Numbered from the whole stretch's first letter, positions 25,360-38,081 are shown. The stretch: 63,590 nucleotides of DNA, filler included, from Octopus bimaculoides (GCF_001194135.2; 5 parts of 4 records of this genome joined end to end with filler, not necessarily neighbours in it); one strand, 5' to 3'. Numbers and translations: made by a program. The notes: generated from the sequence alone by a model not told the origin.

Positions 25360-27543
25360 TCTGTGGTGATGACTGGTTGAGTTGATGAATAAAAAATGTC
25401 TAGGGCTGAGTGAAGAAGTAACTAGACAACACCTGCAAACATTTAACAGAAGATTTTATCATTGCACATAGAATCAAACTGCGTTAGTATTTTACAAATA
25501 AAAGTAATAATTACATACTGGGAGAGAAGGAAGAACTGCACCGCGTTCGAAGAAGTTACTTATGAGACATTGTGTGAATGTTTAGTTCAGTCTGTCCAAG
25601 AACCTAAAGATGCGCAAACATCTGGAACTGCCTGATGAGGCAATAATGGGGGCACATACTGCTCAGTTACATTAACATTCCGCAATGAATTAACGCCAAA
25701 AGCGGTCTTTTATAGAGTTCAAGAAGATTCTGGACGAATGAATCACGCGATGGCTTGACATTAATTGGTTGCTTGACAGACCGATCACGTGAAACTATTG
25801 GGGTTTGCCTGTGATGTGTGACCGCATAGCCAAAGTTCCGGTCTCGAATCCCCGCTCCGCTACAGCAGTTCATTTCTACCTCATTACGGAATGTAATAAG
25901 AAGGCAACGATAAGAAAATGAATTGCATAAAAGAGAATAGTGCATGTAATCTTGAATAAAGTCTGAATTTTAAAACTAACTGGCAATATAGCAATCAAGG
26001 TAAAGATTGAAATACAAAGTATAAAAGGGCATGTAACAAAATGAAAGCAAATAAAATATTATCCATGTTCAGAGTTCATATATGCAAAATTGTTTTGAAA
26101 TGCGAAAAGCATGCAAATAGAAAAAAATAACTCTTAGAAATAAAAGTTATGAGAATTGTACAATGTGACTTCTGATCGTGTAGGCTAAAGGAAACTGTAA
26201 GAGAGACGCTGGATGCGTTGAGCCATTTAAACATATTCTATGTGCACGTGACCATGAGGTCTTACAGAAAAATGTATCTGACTGGAAGCGAGGCACAGAA
26301 GAATGGTTTGTGTTCCTTCTGTGTGAAAATGTCTGGAGAATGTGGCATACGTGTAATTAGATGTATGCATGCACATTATTGACATTAACAAGAAAAGTAC
26401 AGCAAAAATTAAGAAGTTTGAAAGCACTGCAAACATTTATGCAAGCATATGAAACGTAAATCATTGCAAGAGTGGTATGAATGTATGAATGGTGTATAAT
26501 TGACCAGAAGTATGGAACGCGGTGTAATATGCATGCGTGTGTGAAATAGACTGCAAATGAAGTCTGCAAAAAAATCGTTAACTTGGGACATATCTGCTGC
26601 AAGGATATAAACGTGTTTGTGACCTAATGACGTCTGCAAGAGAAGGTAAAATTTTTCTTCCATTTTAAAAATAAAAACGAAATGAAAAGTAAACAAAACT
26701 TATGTTCGGAAAAAGTTCTTGAGAGTCTCTTTTGCGAAGACATGTATACGAAGACAGTTTGGTTGCAATTCATGAAGTCGCCATTCTTTTTGAAAAGAAA
26801 TTAGTTGAAACCACACAAACGAAAGGATATGAAAAGATTAAATACTGGCCGTTATAGCAAACTTAGAGAAATTCAAGATCAATTTCCCTCTGGAATTATA
26901 TTCGTGAGTAGAAACGAGTTTCCTCGGTGTTGAAGGGTAGGTTTGACTGCTATTTCGAGCAAAACGAAAAATGAGCCTGAGCTGATAGTGTTCTCAACGT
27001 CATAGCTTGCAGAAGTAGGGATTACAGTGGTATGAATTGTATGTGTGACGGCTTTTGCTCATTTGATCTTTCTCGTCGTGGTGGTAGCTTGAGCAGTCGA
27101 GTTCTTGTCAGTTGGTCTGTGGTGATGACTGGTTGAGTTGATGAATGAAAATATTTTTTTGGTTGGGGATTGCGTGAAGAAATAACTGAACAGCACCCAC
27201 GAACATTTAACGGAAGATTTTATTACACGTAGATTCAAACAGCATTGGTTTTTTACAAATAACACCAGTAATAATTACATACTCGGAGAGAAGGGAAAAC
27301 TGAGCCACGTTCGAAGAAGTTACTTATGACTCGTCTGATGTGGCAAAAGTGGAGGCACATACCGCTCAGCTGCCATAACATTCCGCAATAAATTAACGTC
27401 AAAAGAAATCTTTTATAGGGTTCAAAAAGATTCTAGGAGATTGAATCTCACGATGGCTTGATGCTAATTGCGTGAAACTATTGTGGTTGGCTCGTCATGT
27501 CCGACCTTATATCCAGTGATCCGGTTTCCAATCCTTACTACAG
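25360..27543 (+). repeat. Diverged direct repeats (25360-25866 and 27117-27543) flanking a 1.25-kb unique segment
   Basis: Collinear shared blocks: CTGTGGTGATGACTGGTTGAGTTGATGAAT, AGTAATAATTACATACT, CGTTCGAAGAAGTTACTTATGA, AACATTCCGCAAT, CGTGAAACTATTG. Confidence 0.85.
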
Positions 27544-27697
27544 GATGAAAGACACTGAACTGAACAAAGGCAGCCAACCTTTATAGCGGCTGACAAAGCA
27601 ATAGACCTAGTCATCCTAAGTAAGATCTTTAGAACAGTAAGCCTAAAAGACGAAGACTAGAAAACTCATCAAAAACAGTATCGGTCAAAGAAATAGA

Positions 27698-28156
27698 GGT
27701 GCTACTTTGGCGTGTGATCTACAAGGGAGATTACTTTAGGTTACTTTTAAAATTATTTTGTATATACTTAGCATTGTAAATGTATTTTTTCAAAATTCTT
27801 ACTATTTTAATTAGAAGAAAACCATATAATAATTAAAATAAGCACGTAGATCACTCACCAAAGTAAATTTGCTCACGTAGATCACACGGAAAGTAGCACT
27901 AGCACAAAGTAAATTAAAAAGTAACCTAAAGTAATCTCCCTTTAAATTGTATCTCACATGGCAAAGTGGCACCATTCTTTTTCTTAAGAAATGATGTGAA
28001 TTTAGTACTGGTTTCTTGTAAAAATGCAACTGCCTTCGTCTCGTCGCTGATCACATTGTAAACATCTTTGGCCAACATCTTACAGGATTTTAGAAATTGA
28101 AAAGTAAGCTAAAAAGTAGATCACACGCTTTGTAGATCACACGCCAAAGTAATACC
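27698..28156. mobile_element. Non-autonomous DNA transposon (MITE), Merlin-like
   Basis: 27-bp TIRs starting GGT with 2 mismatches (GGT[GC/AT]TACTTTGGCGTGTGATCTACAA). Perfect 8-bp TSD GAAATAGA at 27690-27697 and 28157-28164. A second internal inverted repeat (27724-27750 / 27914-27941) and repeated GTAGATCAC motifs are present. Confidence 0.8.
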
Positions 28157-29274
28157 GAAATAGAAATATAAGACATACCAATGAATATTTTTAGCAACAA
28201 GTGAGTTATTTGCATAACCCAAGTAAATGATCATTTCTACCATAGGCACAAGGCCTGAAATATTCGAGAAGCGGGTTAATCAATTACATAGATCTCCAGT
28301 ACTTGATTGGTAGTTATTTTATCGATCCTGAAAGGATGAAAAGCAAAGTTGACCACGACGGAATTTGAACTCAGAACTTTAAGAACCAGAAGAAATGTCG
28401 CTAAGCATTTTGTCCGATGCGATAACGATTCTGTCAGTTCATCGCCTTCGAACACATCAATAACTACTTCTAGAAAATAGTTAAGTTCGCAGAAACATCA
28501 GATAATTTCAAATTTCGTTACAAAATCAACAATTTTTGCCTTTCCTGTTCGTCCGAATGTAAAGAGCCGGAAGAAATGCTGTTAAGCGTTTTGAGTAAAT
28601 AATACCAACTGTTAATTAAAGTAAATAATTAGAGTAAATAATACCAACTGTTAGTTTAACATAAATTTAAGTTAGTTAATTGCAATTAATTAATGCTTTA
28701 GTGAGGCTTTTTAAACTTTAAAAATCTACTTACATTGACTTATAGGATGTATAATAGTAAAACTTGAGCGAATGAAGAAGTTTCTGCGTGAAGTGACTTC
28801 ACTTGCTAGAGAGATAACCAAATCAGTTTCTAAAATCACGCCCAAACATCTTTAAAAAGATACATAGTTACACACAGCCATGAGGGTTTATGTGACTATG
28901 TATCTTTTTAACTATGTGTTCGACAGATTCATATGGCCCTCTCTCACTGCAGCTTCATTCAAATATAATTATTACTCAATAAACATACATGCCCCTGCCA
29001 AGTTTAGAATAGAGGCAGCTGATGAAGGAAAAAGTTCCATACGTGGCTTGTCTGTTTTTCTATGTGTTCATTCTGTTGTCCGTAAAAAAAAGTTCGCTTT
29101 TTGTGCTTTGTTTATGTACCCGTTCCTTTTTTGTCCACGTTTTTTTGACGTCCTGTACCCGGATATGCATCTATATATACATGTAGATATAGGTATGTAC
29201 ATATATGTATGTATACATGCATATGCTCACATATCATTTGTATTATATATATATATACATATATNNNNNNNNNN

Positions 29275-29339
<65 letters not shown>

Positions 29340-30219
29340 TGTCAACGTTAAAGGCGCAAAATTGTAACGTTCTTTTGGACATTGACTGATAATGAATTAG
29401 CTACGAATATTCTGTTTGTTGAGTTTTTGGTAAATTTTTGAAAAAAACAAAATATATATTCAATTTAAACAATTTAATAGCGGATCCATTTTAATAATTG
29501 AGAAACTCCTCACGTCCATGATAGTGCATCAAAAACTACATTACCTTAAATTTGAAATTAAATTAGATGGTCATAAGTCTGCTCAGTCGGGAGTGACTTA
29601 GAGCTGAACAGCAACAGCAACAGCAACGTCATATAAACTGACTAATAAAAATGTGTAAACTATTAAAATGGTAAGATTTTTCTAGGAAAAAAACGTATTT
29701 TTGATTATATCTACTACTAAGAAGACCTGGAGACTTAAACCGATGTTATCGGCTCTAGGGGATTAACGTCTTGCATTAGCAATTGCTGTTTGTTTCATGT
29801 ATTCTTAAAACTGTTTTCAGTGGAGCAACATCTGCTGAACGAATTTATTTATCAAATGTCTGAAGAAAGCTTGTTTACATATATGACTGTAGACATGTGT
29901 GCATCTTCTCTCTATCCACGCGAGTGCACACGCACGCAAACACACGCACGCGCACGCGTACACACACACACACACACACAAATTCATATACACAATACGT
30001 TTATAGACACACCACAAAAAATATCTTATAGACATACATACAATCATACATACATACATACATACATACATACCTACATACATACCAAAGATGGAGCCTT
30101 GTATCTTTGTTGGAAACCGGCTCCCTCCTCAGTGGAAGATTTATAATAATTAAAAAATAGAAGAGACATATATACATGCATGTGTATGTACTTACGTATG
30201 TATGTATGTATTTATACAC

Positions 30220-30251
<32 letters not shown>

Positions 30252-30881
30252 ATGTATGTATATATGTATGTATATATGTATGCATATATATATATATTAC
30301 TTACACACACATTTACATACATACCTGCACACATGCCTCACGCATCCACCAATCTCTCCATCAATCCATACACACACACACACACATATATATATACATA
30401 CACCCACATACACTCATGTATGTATGTATGTGTGTACATGTGTGTGTCTATTTGTGTAAATACCTGCACACACATATGTATTGATCATTCTACTTGTGTG
30501 GGAATTATGTATTCGTAACCAGGTGTCAGATAAATTGTAAGCTAGTAAGAATCAAATTACGAATACAACCATATGCCCACATATGTACATAGAAACTAGG
30601 GCTCCTTATAGATAAAGCAGGGTATTGGTGATGTTTTTATAAGGTTCGTACTGCTTCTCTCTAGTTTGACTAAGGCGGGAGAATTGAACAATTAGTTTGC
30701 AAAACTTCCACTTGGTTCTTAAAGTGTTGGCCACGCCTCCCCGAAATATGTGTGTGATTGGTTGATTTATTGATGGTATTGTTGTTGTTGATAAGTACGA
30801 TGTCAACCCCAATTGAGCAAGCTTGGGACGGAAGGCATATCACCAGCGAGTTTTGGGTGTATATAGATATAACGTGTGATT

Positions 30882-30897
30882 TGAGAGAGAGAGAGGC

Positions 30898-30967
<70 letters not shown>

Positions 30968-31282
30968 AGAGAGAGAGAGAGAGAAGGAGAGAGAAAGAGA
31001 GAGATGGGAGAGAGACATAGAAGTGAGGAGAGAGAGAGATGGGAGAGAGACATAGAAGTGAGGAGAGAGAGAGAGGTGGAGAGAGAGAGGTGGGGAGAGA
31101 GAGTTGTGGAAAGAGAGAGAGAGGTGGGGGAGAGGGTGGGGAGAGAGGTGGGTAGAAAGAGAGGTGGGAAGAGAGAGAGGTGGTGAGAGAGAGATGGGGA
31201 GAGACAGAGAGGTGGGAAAGAGAGATGGCAAGAGAGAGCAGTGGGGTGAGAGAGAAAGAGTGAGAGAGAGAGAGAGAGAGAA

Positions 31283-31320
<38 letters not shown>
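30882..31320. repeat. Purine-rich (GA)n / (GACA)n low-complexity tract
   Basis: Directly visible, with a short internal duplication of GAGAGATGGGAGAGAGACATAGAAGTGAG. Confidence 0.95.
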
Positions 31321-31321
<1 letters not shown>

Positions 31322-32559
31322 CGCTTGAAGAGTAGTGGGAGTGTTCGTTCAAATACAAGGATGGTTTTGGTATCCTACCCACCATCTTAACAGGGTTGGA
31401 GGAAGTTATGCGTATCTTGCGGAAACTGCACCCACTCCCCATTAGACTCTGATTGCTTCGCCGCTAGATTTGGTTACTATTTCTAGTGGGCTGTATGACC
31501 GTTGGGGAAGGGAGCTGAGTGAATAGGTGGAAACTTAAGAAAAAGTAAAGTTGATAAATTAATAAATTTATTTAGCGTGTCCCCGCCCCACAAATTTCTT
31601 TAAAAAAAAGTAGGACAAATGAGTTTACAAAGTAACAGTTTATTGACCGGACTCGTTGTATTGGATGTAAGTGCTAATAAGCTTTTACAGTTGCTAGAAG
31701 CACTTTCTAAAGTGAGATGGCAGAAGCACAGTGCGCAAGGATAGACCAAGAAATATTGATTGTACAGGTGGTACAACGGTTAGCTGGTGGACAACCACAG
31801 TGTGGAGCCTCTCAGTCCATATTGATATGCTTTAGAAAGTACAGCAACCTAGGACAGAAACTTATAGAAAAGAGTGACCCACTTTTGATACCATGCAGTT
31901 GACTATACATATGGACAATCATTGTCGATACCGACGGACTACGTACGTTGTAGAAGTTATGTAAATAAAAATAAACTACAGTGGATTGATTTACTGTTCG
32001 AAATGAAAAATCCATTGTAACTATTTGGCATCACACTGTAGCTTCTTAGATATATCACACGCCCAAAGGATCATCAGGCCGAAAATTTTCCCGATTTTTA
32101 TGGCGTATAGGAGACCAGAAGTACAATATTTTCCCTTGAACGTGATACCAGTCCGTCCTAGCGTTAACCAGCTGTTGTTGGTATTTATTTTCAGCTGAGT
32201 GGACTGGAGCAACGTGAAATGAATTTTTTTTTTCTTTTCAAGAACACAGCACACAATTCAAGCTGGGAAACAAAGCTGCAATCTTACTGCCATGTTCCCA
32301 ACACCCTTGTCATTTGGTCACGCGCTTTTACTGTAGCTAGTTGGTTTTATTATAACGAGTTTGGTATTTTGCTGTTCTGAGGTACATTACTACTAGTTTT
32401 GTTATTCATCTCTCCGAGGTTAACTTCCCTGTAACCGTAACCTATTTAGTTACCCTAGATGGTATAAGATCGATACAATCAGTTATGTTCCCTACGCTGT
32501 AAAAAAAAAAGTTGGGGCTTTATATTTAATCAAATATAAAGCCTCAGCTCGAGTCAGCA

Positions 32560-32835
32560 GTCGGTAGTTTTCGCTGGTAAGTCGTTCTTTTTTAGGAATT
32601 TTAGTTGTCTTTTCCATTTGACTATTTCGTATGATTCAAGTGCCTTTTTTCATTCTTAGAGCTTGACTCAATAATGGTATGTTCTGGTGGACAGTGTTGA
32701 ATGTTTTTGTATTTCTTGGGTTGTGTGTTATAATTAAAGTTTGTGTTGGCACCTTGAGGATGCTGTCTCTCATTTTTCTGGAATGGTAAGATGTAATATA
32801 AAGATTTTCTGAAAGCTTGTACTTAGATCTCATAT
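32560..32835 (-). mobile_element. Small Penelope-like linker fragment
   Basis: THNPRNTKTFNTVHQNIPLL matches the THIPRNMEAYTIIHQNIPLL segment of the 44935-46440 element. Confidence 0.65.
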
Positions 32836-33608
32836 AATTAGGGCCCCAGTCTATGGCTGGTAATGTTTGGTACCTAATCGATCGTTTTGAGAAGGTATCA
32901 GATTATCTATTAGATTATTGCAAATGAAAATAAATTTGATACAGATAAACACCCTCCCCATTTTGTTTTTAAACAAATTCATAATACTTTAACGAGAAAA
33001 TAATGTTTCCAACAAAAACGCAGAGGATGAAAAACAAGAAAAAAGTCTGCGTGACAAAAGGTCCAAGCCCCTTCTTCTAGAGACAGACAGGCTAAAGCAA
33101 TGCTTAATGATGACATACTGGATCCGGAAACACAACAATATTGCCATCGCGGACGTGAACACATAGTTTATAAGCATAGTTGCTCTTCTTGTGTTGTTGC
33201 CCCCTGGTCTGCTCTGACTAATTAGACCCGTCATCAATAACATTCAGTCTGTAACTACAGCATCCTTTTTTTTTTTCAGTGTAGCTAAGATTACATTATC
33301 GAATAATTACAGGGTTCCATTTGAAGAATAGTTGTCTATTATACCTATCAAGTTAAGCAACAATGCAAGGTAATCATAACGAAACATTTTGACTGATTTA
33401 AATTTGTGTTGATAATGTTATTTAGTTTTAGGTAAATATTACTATTGCATGGTATTGCTGGGTGATTTTTTTTTCAAATCCAACGAGTGTCACACACGAA
33501 AGACAGTCAACATCGATGCTAATTAAACTTAGAATTTAGATAGATCTACAGAAACAGAGAGGAACCTACTTATTGTCCAGTATTATAATACGGTAATAGA
33601 AAATTTTA

Positions 33609-34200
33609 GTGGAACATCACTGAGACAAGTGGAGAAATTTAAATATCTCGGGGCCGTATTTACGAGTGATGGAAGGTAGGAGGTTGAATTGGATACTTGA
33701 ATCGCATGTGCTGGCACAGTAACGTACCATCTCCAGTATTCAATTCTCAGAAGAGAAGAGGTTTGTAAATCAAAGCTAAAATTCGTACCTATCCTGACCT
33801 TTGGTCATGAATGTTGGGTAATGACCGAAGGAGTGCAATCGCAAATGCGGGTGGCCGAAATGGGGTTCTTCCGAAGGGTCTCTGAAGTAATGTTAGTCGA
33901 CAGGGTGCGTAGCTTGAAAAGCAGGGAGTCTCTCCAGCTGAAACCGCTATTTCTCCGCGTTGAGCGGTCACATCTCCGGTGGTACAGACGTGTGATTAGC
34001 CTGTAGCAGGAAAGAATTGCAAGACGGATCTTTAAGCCGAACCAACCGGCAGGAAACCGAGGGGTAGACCCATAATGAGACGGTTCGACAATATCTACAG
34101 TCTCAGCTGATCTAACCGGAATGTCTAGTGAAGGTTGATTCTGACAGGACCTTTAAGGAGAAAGTACCTGAGGCTTTACCCCCAGCCCGCCCCCACCAAA
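33609..34200 (+). mobile_element. 5'-truncated RTE-clade LINE (RT C-terminus and 3' end)
   Basis: QVEKFKYLGAVFTSDG, PILTFGHECWVMT, AEMGFFRRV, LRWYRRV, PTGRKPRGRP, interrupted by stops. Confidence 0.88.
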
Positions 34201-34543
34201 AATAGTGGGTAGAAAAGATAAATAGCTGGATGAATATATTGTACGTCATTATTAAAATATAAACAAAGACTATACCGTAATACAGTACTATAGTACTATA
34301 GTCCAGCATTATATTTAAGCTACCACTATACTATAGTGCACTATTACACTAAACTACAGTCCAGTGTTATTCTTTAATTTAGTACTATAATAAAATCCGA
34401 TACTTGACTGTTCTCTAGCATTATACTTATAGCCTATCACTATAATTAGTATTACTCCATAGTCCAGTTCTACTGTATTGAGAAATATTATACTGTAGTC
34501 CAGTACTAAAGTATAGACTCATATTTACTGTAGCAGTACTATA

Positions 34544-34750
34544 CAGGGTGTCCACAAAATCTGGGTACATGGGGATTAACACATACTTTAAGAAATTATT
34601 ATTTCTTATATTTAATTGTTTATGTTATGATTTTATATACTCCATGTACCCNNNNNNNNNNCATACTTTAAGAAATTATTATTTCTTATATTTAATTGTT
34701 TATGTTATGATTTTATATACTCCATGTACCCAGACCTTGTGGACACCCTG
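34544..34750. mobile_element. Tc1/mariner-type MITE with CAGGGTG ends
   Basis: TIRs CAGGGTGTCCACAAAATCTGGGTACATGG / CCATGTACCCAGACCTTGTGGACACCCTG, with TA on both flanks. A 70-bp exact duplication across a 10-N gap inflates the length; the true size is probably about 127 bp. Confidence 0.85.
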
Positions 34751-35112
34751 TAGAATTGTCCGATACTGTACTACTTTCAAACACTATACCGATACTACTA
34801 CACTAGTATTATATATATAAAAAAAGACACATTATTATTGCTCCAATTCAAAGAATTTGCTTAAAACAAAATTTTGAATATGCAATGTAATCCTACAAGT
34901 AGGGCATGTAATCCTGCAAGCAGTGCATAGAGTCAAACAACGTGAATGTATTGCGTAGTTAAGGCATAGAGTATCCGTATGTACATTTTGTGAAGTGTTT
35001 TTACAATGTGTTTTAAATTAGGAATTAACTGCTAAGGTTTCAACGTAAATAATACCAGACATTATAAACACTAAACACCATTCCTAGACAGAATAGTGGT
35101 TCCTCTTGCTCT

Positions 35113-35174
<62 letters not shown>

Positions 35175-35976
35175 ATATATATATATTACTCTTTTAGTTG
35201 TTTCAGTCATTTGCTCGCCTGTTTTAGTCATGTGCTCGCCTTTAGTCGAGCACATAGACCCCAGGACTTATTCTTTGTAAGCNNNNNNNNNNNNNNNNNN
35301 NNNNNNNNNNNNNNNNNNNNNNNNNNNNNNNNNNNNNNNNNNNNNNNNNNNNNNNNNNNNNNNNNNNNNNNNNNNNNNNNNNNNNNNNNNNNNNNNNNNN
35401 NNNNNNNNNNNNNNNNNNNNNNNNNNNNNNNNNNNNNNNNNNNNNNNNNNNNNNNNNNNNNNNNNNNNNNNNNNNNNNNNNNNNNNNNNNNNNNNNNNNN
35501 NNNNNNNNNNNNNNNNNNNNNNNNNNNNNNNNNNNNNNNNNNNNNNNNNNNNNNNNNNNNNNNNNNNNNNNNNNNNNNNNNNNNNNNNNNNNNNNNNNNN
35601 NNNNNNNNNNNNNNNNNNNNNNNNNNNNNNNNNNNNNNNNNNNNNNNNNNNNNNNNNNNNNNNNNNNNNNNNNNNNNNNNNNNNNNNNNNNNNNNNNNNN
35701 NNNNNNNNNNNNNNNNNNNNNNNNNNNNNNNNNNNNNNNNNNNNNNNNNNNNNNNNNNNNNNNNNNNNNNNNNNNNNNNNNNNNNNNNNNNNNNNNNNNN
35801 NNNNNNNNNNNNNNNNNNNNNNNNNNNNNNNNNNNNNNNNNNNNNNNNNNNNNNNNNNNNNNNNNNNNNNNNNNNNNNNNNNNNNNNNNNNNNNNNNNNN
35901 NNNNNNNNNNNNNNNNNNNNNNNNNNNNNNNNNNNNNNNNNNNNNNNNNNNNNNNNNNNNNNNNNNNNNNNNNNNN

Positions 35977-36020
<44 letters not shown>

Positions 36021-36269
36021 TCATATAATATACATATAACGGTGGAATCGTTAGTGTGTCGGATAAAATGTCTAGCCGTAATTAGTTAACGCTGTATGTT
36101 CAAATCCTGCCTCGGTCAAGTTTACTGCTCATCAATTCGACGAGCAATAAAATATAGCTCCATCCAAATACTTGGGCCGATGTTATCGATTAACCCCACT
36201 TCATCCTAAAATTGCTAGCCTTGTCTTAATTTTAGAAAGAATTATTATTATTGTTGTTGTTGTAGTTAT

Positions 36270-36790
36270 TGAGTGAGAGAGCAGTGCATGCCATCAAAGT
36301 GACACTGGGGTAAAATATACGAAACACAGTATACCTATCATGACTACCCTGATAAGGGTACACCAAGCACTTGCATCACAACCATATGTGCGTAACATGG
36401 TGATCTCATATCAAGATAAGCAACGCTTGACCTTGCAGGTGGGGCCCTGTTACAATTATTTTCAGGTCGAGTAGTCCATCCTGCTCAAAAGGTCCCTGAA
36501 TAAGGGTTGTTTAAAGATGTTGAACGAAGCACCCATGTTTCCAAAGGTGAATTATCCAAACCCCAAAGAATTCCTCTCAACAAATGGCTATGATGCTTCC
36601 CCCACAACTTCTGCTCGTGACCAGAGATGCACATATCGTCAGCTACTAAGAGACATGCTCAACTGGTTAAGGTCAAACAACTGACAAGCAAATCCGTGGT
36701 ATTGAGCAGAATATTTGCTGTAGCTCATCTTTTATACCAAGACAAAACAACATACATGATAACACTTCCAATCAGTTAAACTCAGAAGCC
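36270..36790 (-). repeat. Interspersed repeat with (AAT)n tail, probably a non-LTR 3' UTR; second copy at 48903-49320
   Basis: The two copies align over about 420 bp from TTGAGTGAGAGAGCAGTGCATGCC to GGTTAAGGTCAAACAACTG. Both abut (TTA)n. Confidence 0.8.
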
Positions 36791-36820
36791 ATGTGAGCCA
36801 TTGTCTGGTACTGCATCAGG

Positions 36821-36822
<2 letters not shown>

Positions 36823-36900
<78 letters not shown>

Positions 36901-36923
36901 TATTATTATTATTATTATTATTA

Positions 36924-36955
<32 letters not shown>

Positions 36956-36965
36956 GTTGTTGTTG

Positions 36966-37020
<55 letters not shown>
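36823..37020. repeat. Compound (TTC)n(TTA)n(TTG)n microsatellite
   Basis: Directly visible, ending at a join spacer. Confidence 0.97.
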
Positions 37021-37120
37021 NNNNNNNNNNNNNNNNNNNNNNNNNNNNNNNNNNNNNNNNNNNNTTAATTAATTAANNNNNNNNNNNNNNNNNNNNNNNN
37101 NNNNNNNNNNNNNNNNNNNN
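37021..37120. other. Artificial join spacer
   Basis: Same 44 N + 12-mer + 44 N layout. Confidence 0.95.
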
Positions 37121-37462
37121 TACCAGTGCCCCTGGACTGGCTCTTGTGCGGGTGGTGCATGGGATGCACCATTTTGAGCATGGCCGTTGCCAATACCGCC
37201 TGACTGGCCTTCATAGGACTGGCTCTTGTGCGGGTGGCACATAAAAGACACCATTTTGAGCGTGGCCGTTGCCAGTACCGCCTGACTGGCCCTTGGCGGG
37301 TGACACATAAAAGCACCCACGACACTCTCTGAGTGGTTGGCGTTAGGAAGGGCATCCAGCTGTAGAAACTCTGCCAAATTAGATTGGAGCCTGGTGTTGC
37401 CATCCGGTTTCACCAGTCCTCAGTCAAATCGTCCAACCCATGCTAGCATGGAAAGCGGATGT
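37121..37462 (+). repeat. Retroposon 3' end with internal tandem repeats and (GAT)n tail; related copy at 54195-54560 (-)
   Basis: GTTGGCGTTAGGAAGGGCATCCAGC and GCATGGAAAGCGGATGTTAAACGATGATGAT are shared in reverse complement with 54195-54340. An ~80-bp internal unit is repeated. Confidence 0.75.
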
Positions 37463-38034
37463 TAAACGATGATGATGATGATCAACCCCAGTATTTGACT
37501 GTTATTTTATTTTACAGAACTCTGAAAGGACGAAAGGCAAATATGATCTTGGCAGGGTTTAATAACAATAATGTGAAAAATTTGGGGCACTTATTTGACA
37601 CCCTTCCAAGGTAATGTAGCAGCCTCTGTATGGTAATTTGATCTACTAGAAATTGCTACCAAGTCTTCCTCAGATCACACCCTACTGTCTTCAAAAACAG
37701 CACATTGAATAATGTCATCTTGGATGTATTATATCTGAGTAGAAGACAAGATCGTTGCTATTGTAATGCCTTCAATCATAGGGCAGACCTTGGGATAAAC
37801 AGTAGCAGCAGCAGCAGCAACAACATAATAATAATGATGATGATGATGATGATGATAACAGAAAATAGCACTACAAGGCACTGCACAAATCCTACGTAAA
37901 GCACTTTCACTACAGTGAGAATAAAAGCACCACAACAAACCACAGTACATACTCAAGGCACACAGAGTTGTGTTCAGTAGTGCAGTGAAAGTACCTGATA
38001 AAAATAAGATTACTGAATAATAATAATAATAATG

Positions 38035-38081
<47 letters not shown>

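Noticed and set aside
25820-25866. tRNA-like 3' half (GGTCTCGAATCCC)
   Set aside because: There is no cloverleaf or acceptor stem; it is part of the duplicated repeat. SINE heads elsewhere are likewise not tRNA genes.
32989-33243. 84-aa minus ORF with an open frame on the plus strand as well
   Set aside because: No recognisable motif, no convincing splice sites and no relation to SLC5 exons.
34582-34731. 70-bp exact direct repeat inside the MITE
   Set aside because: It flanks a 10-N gap symmetrically, so it is an unmerged contig overlap.
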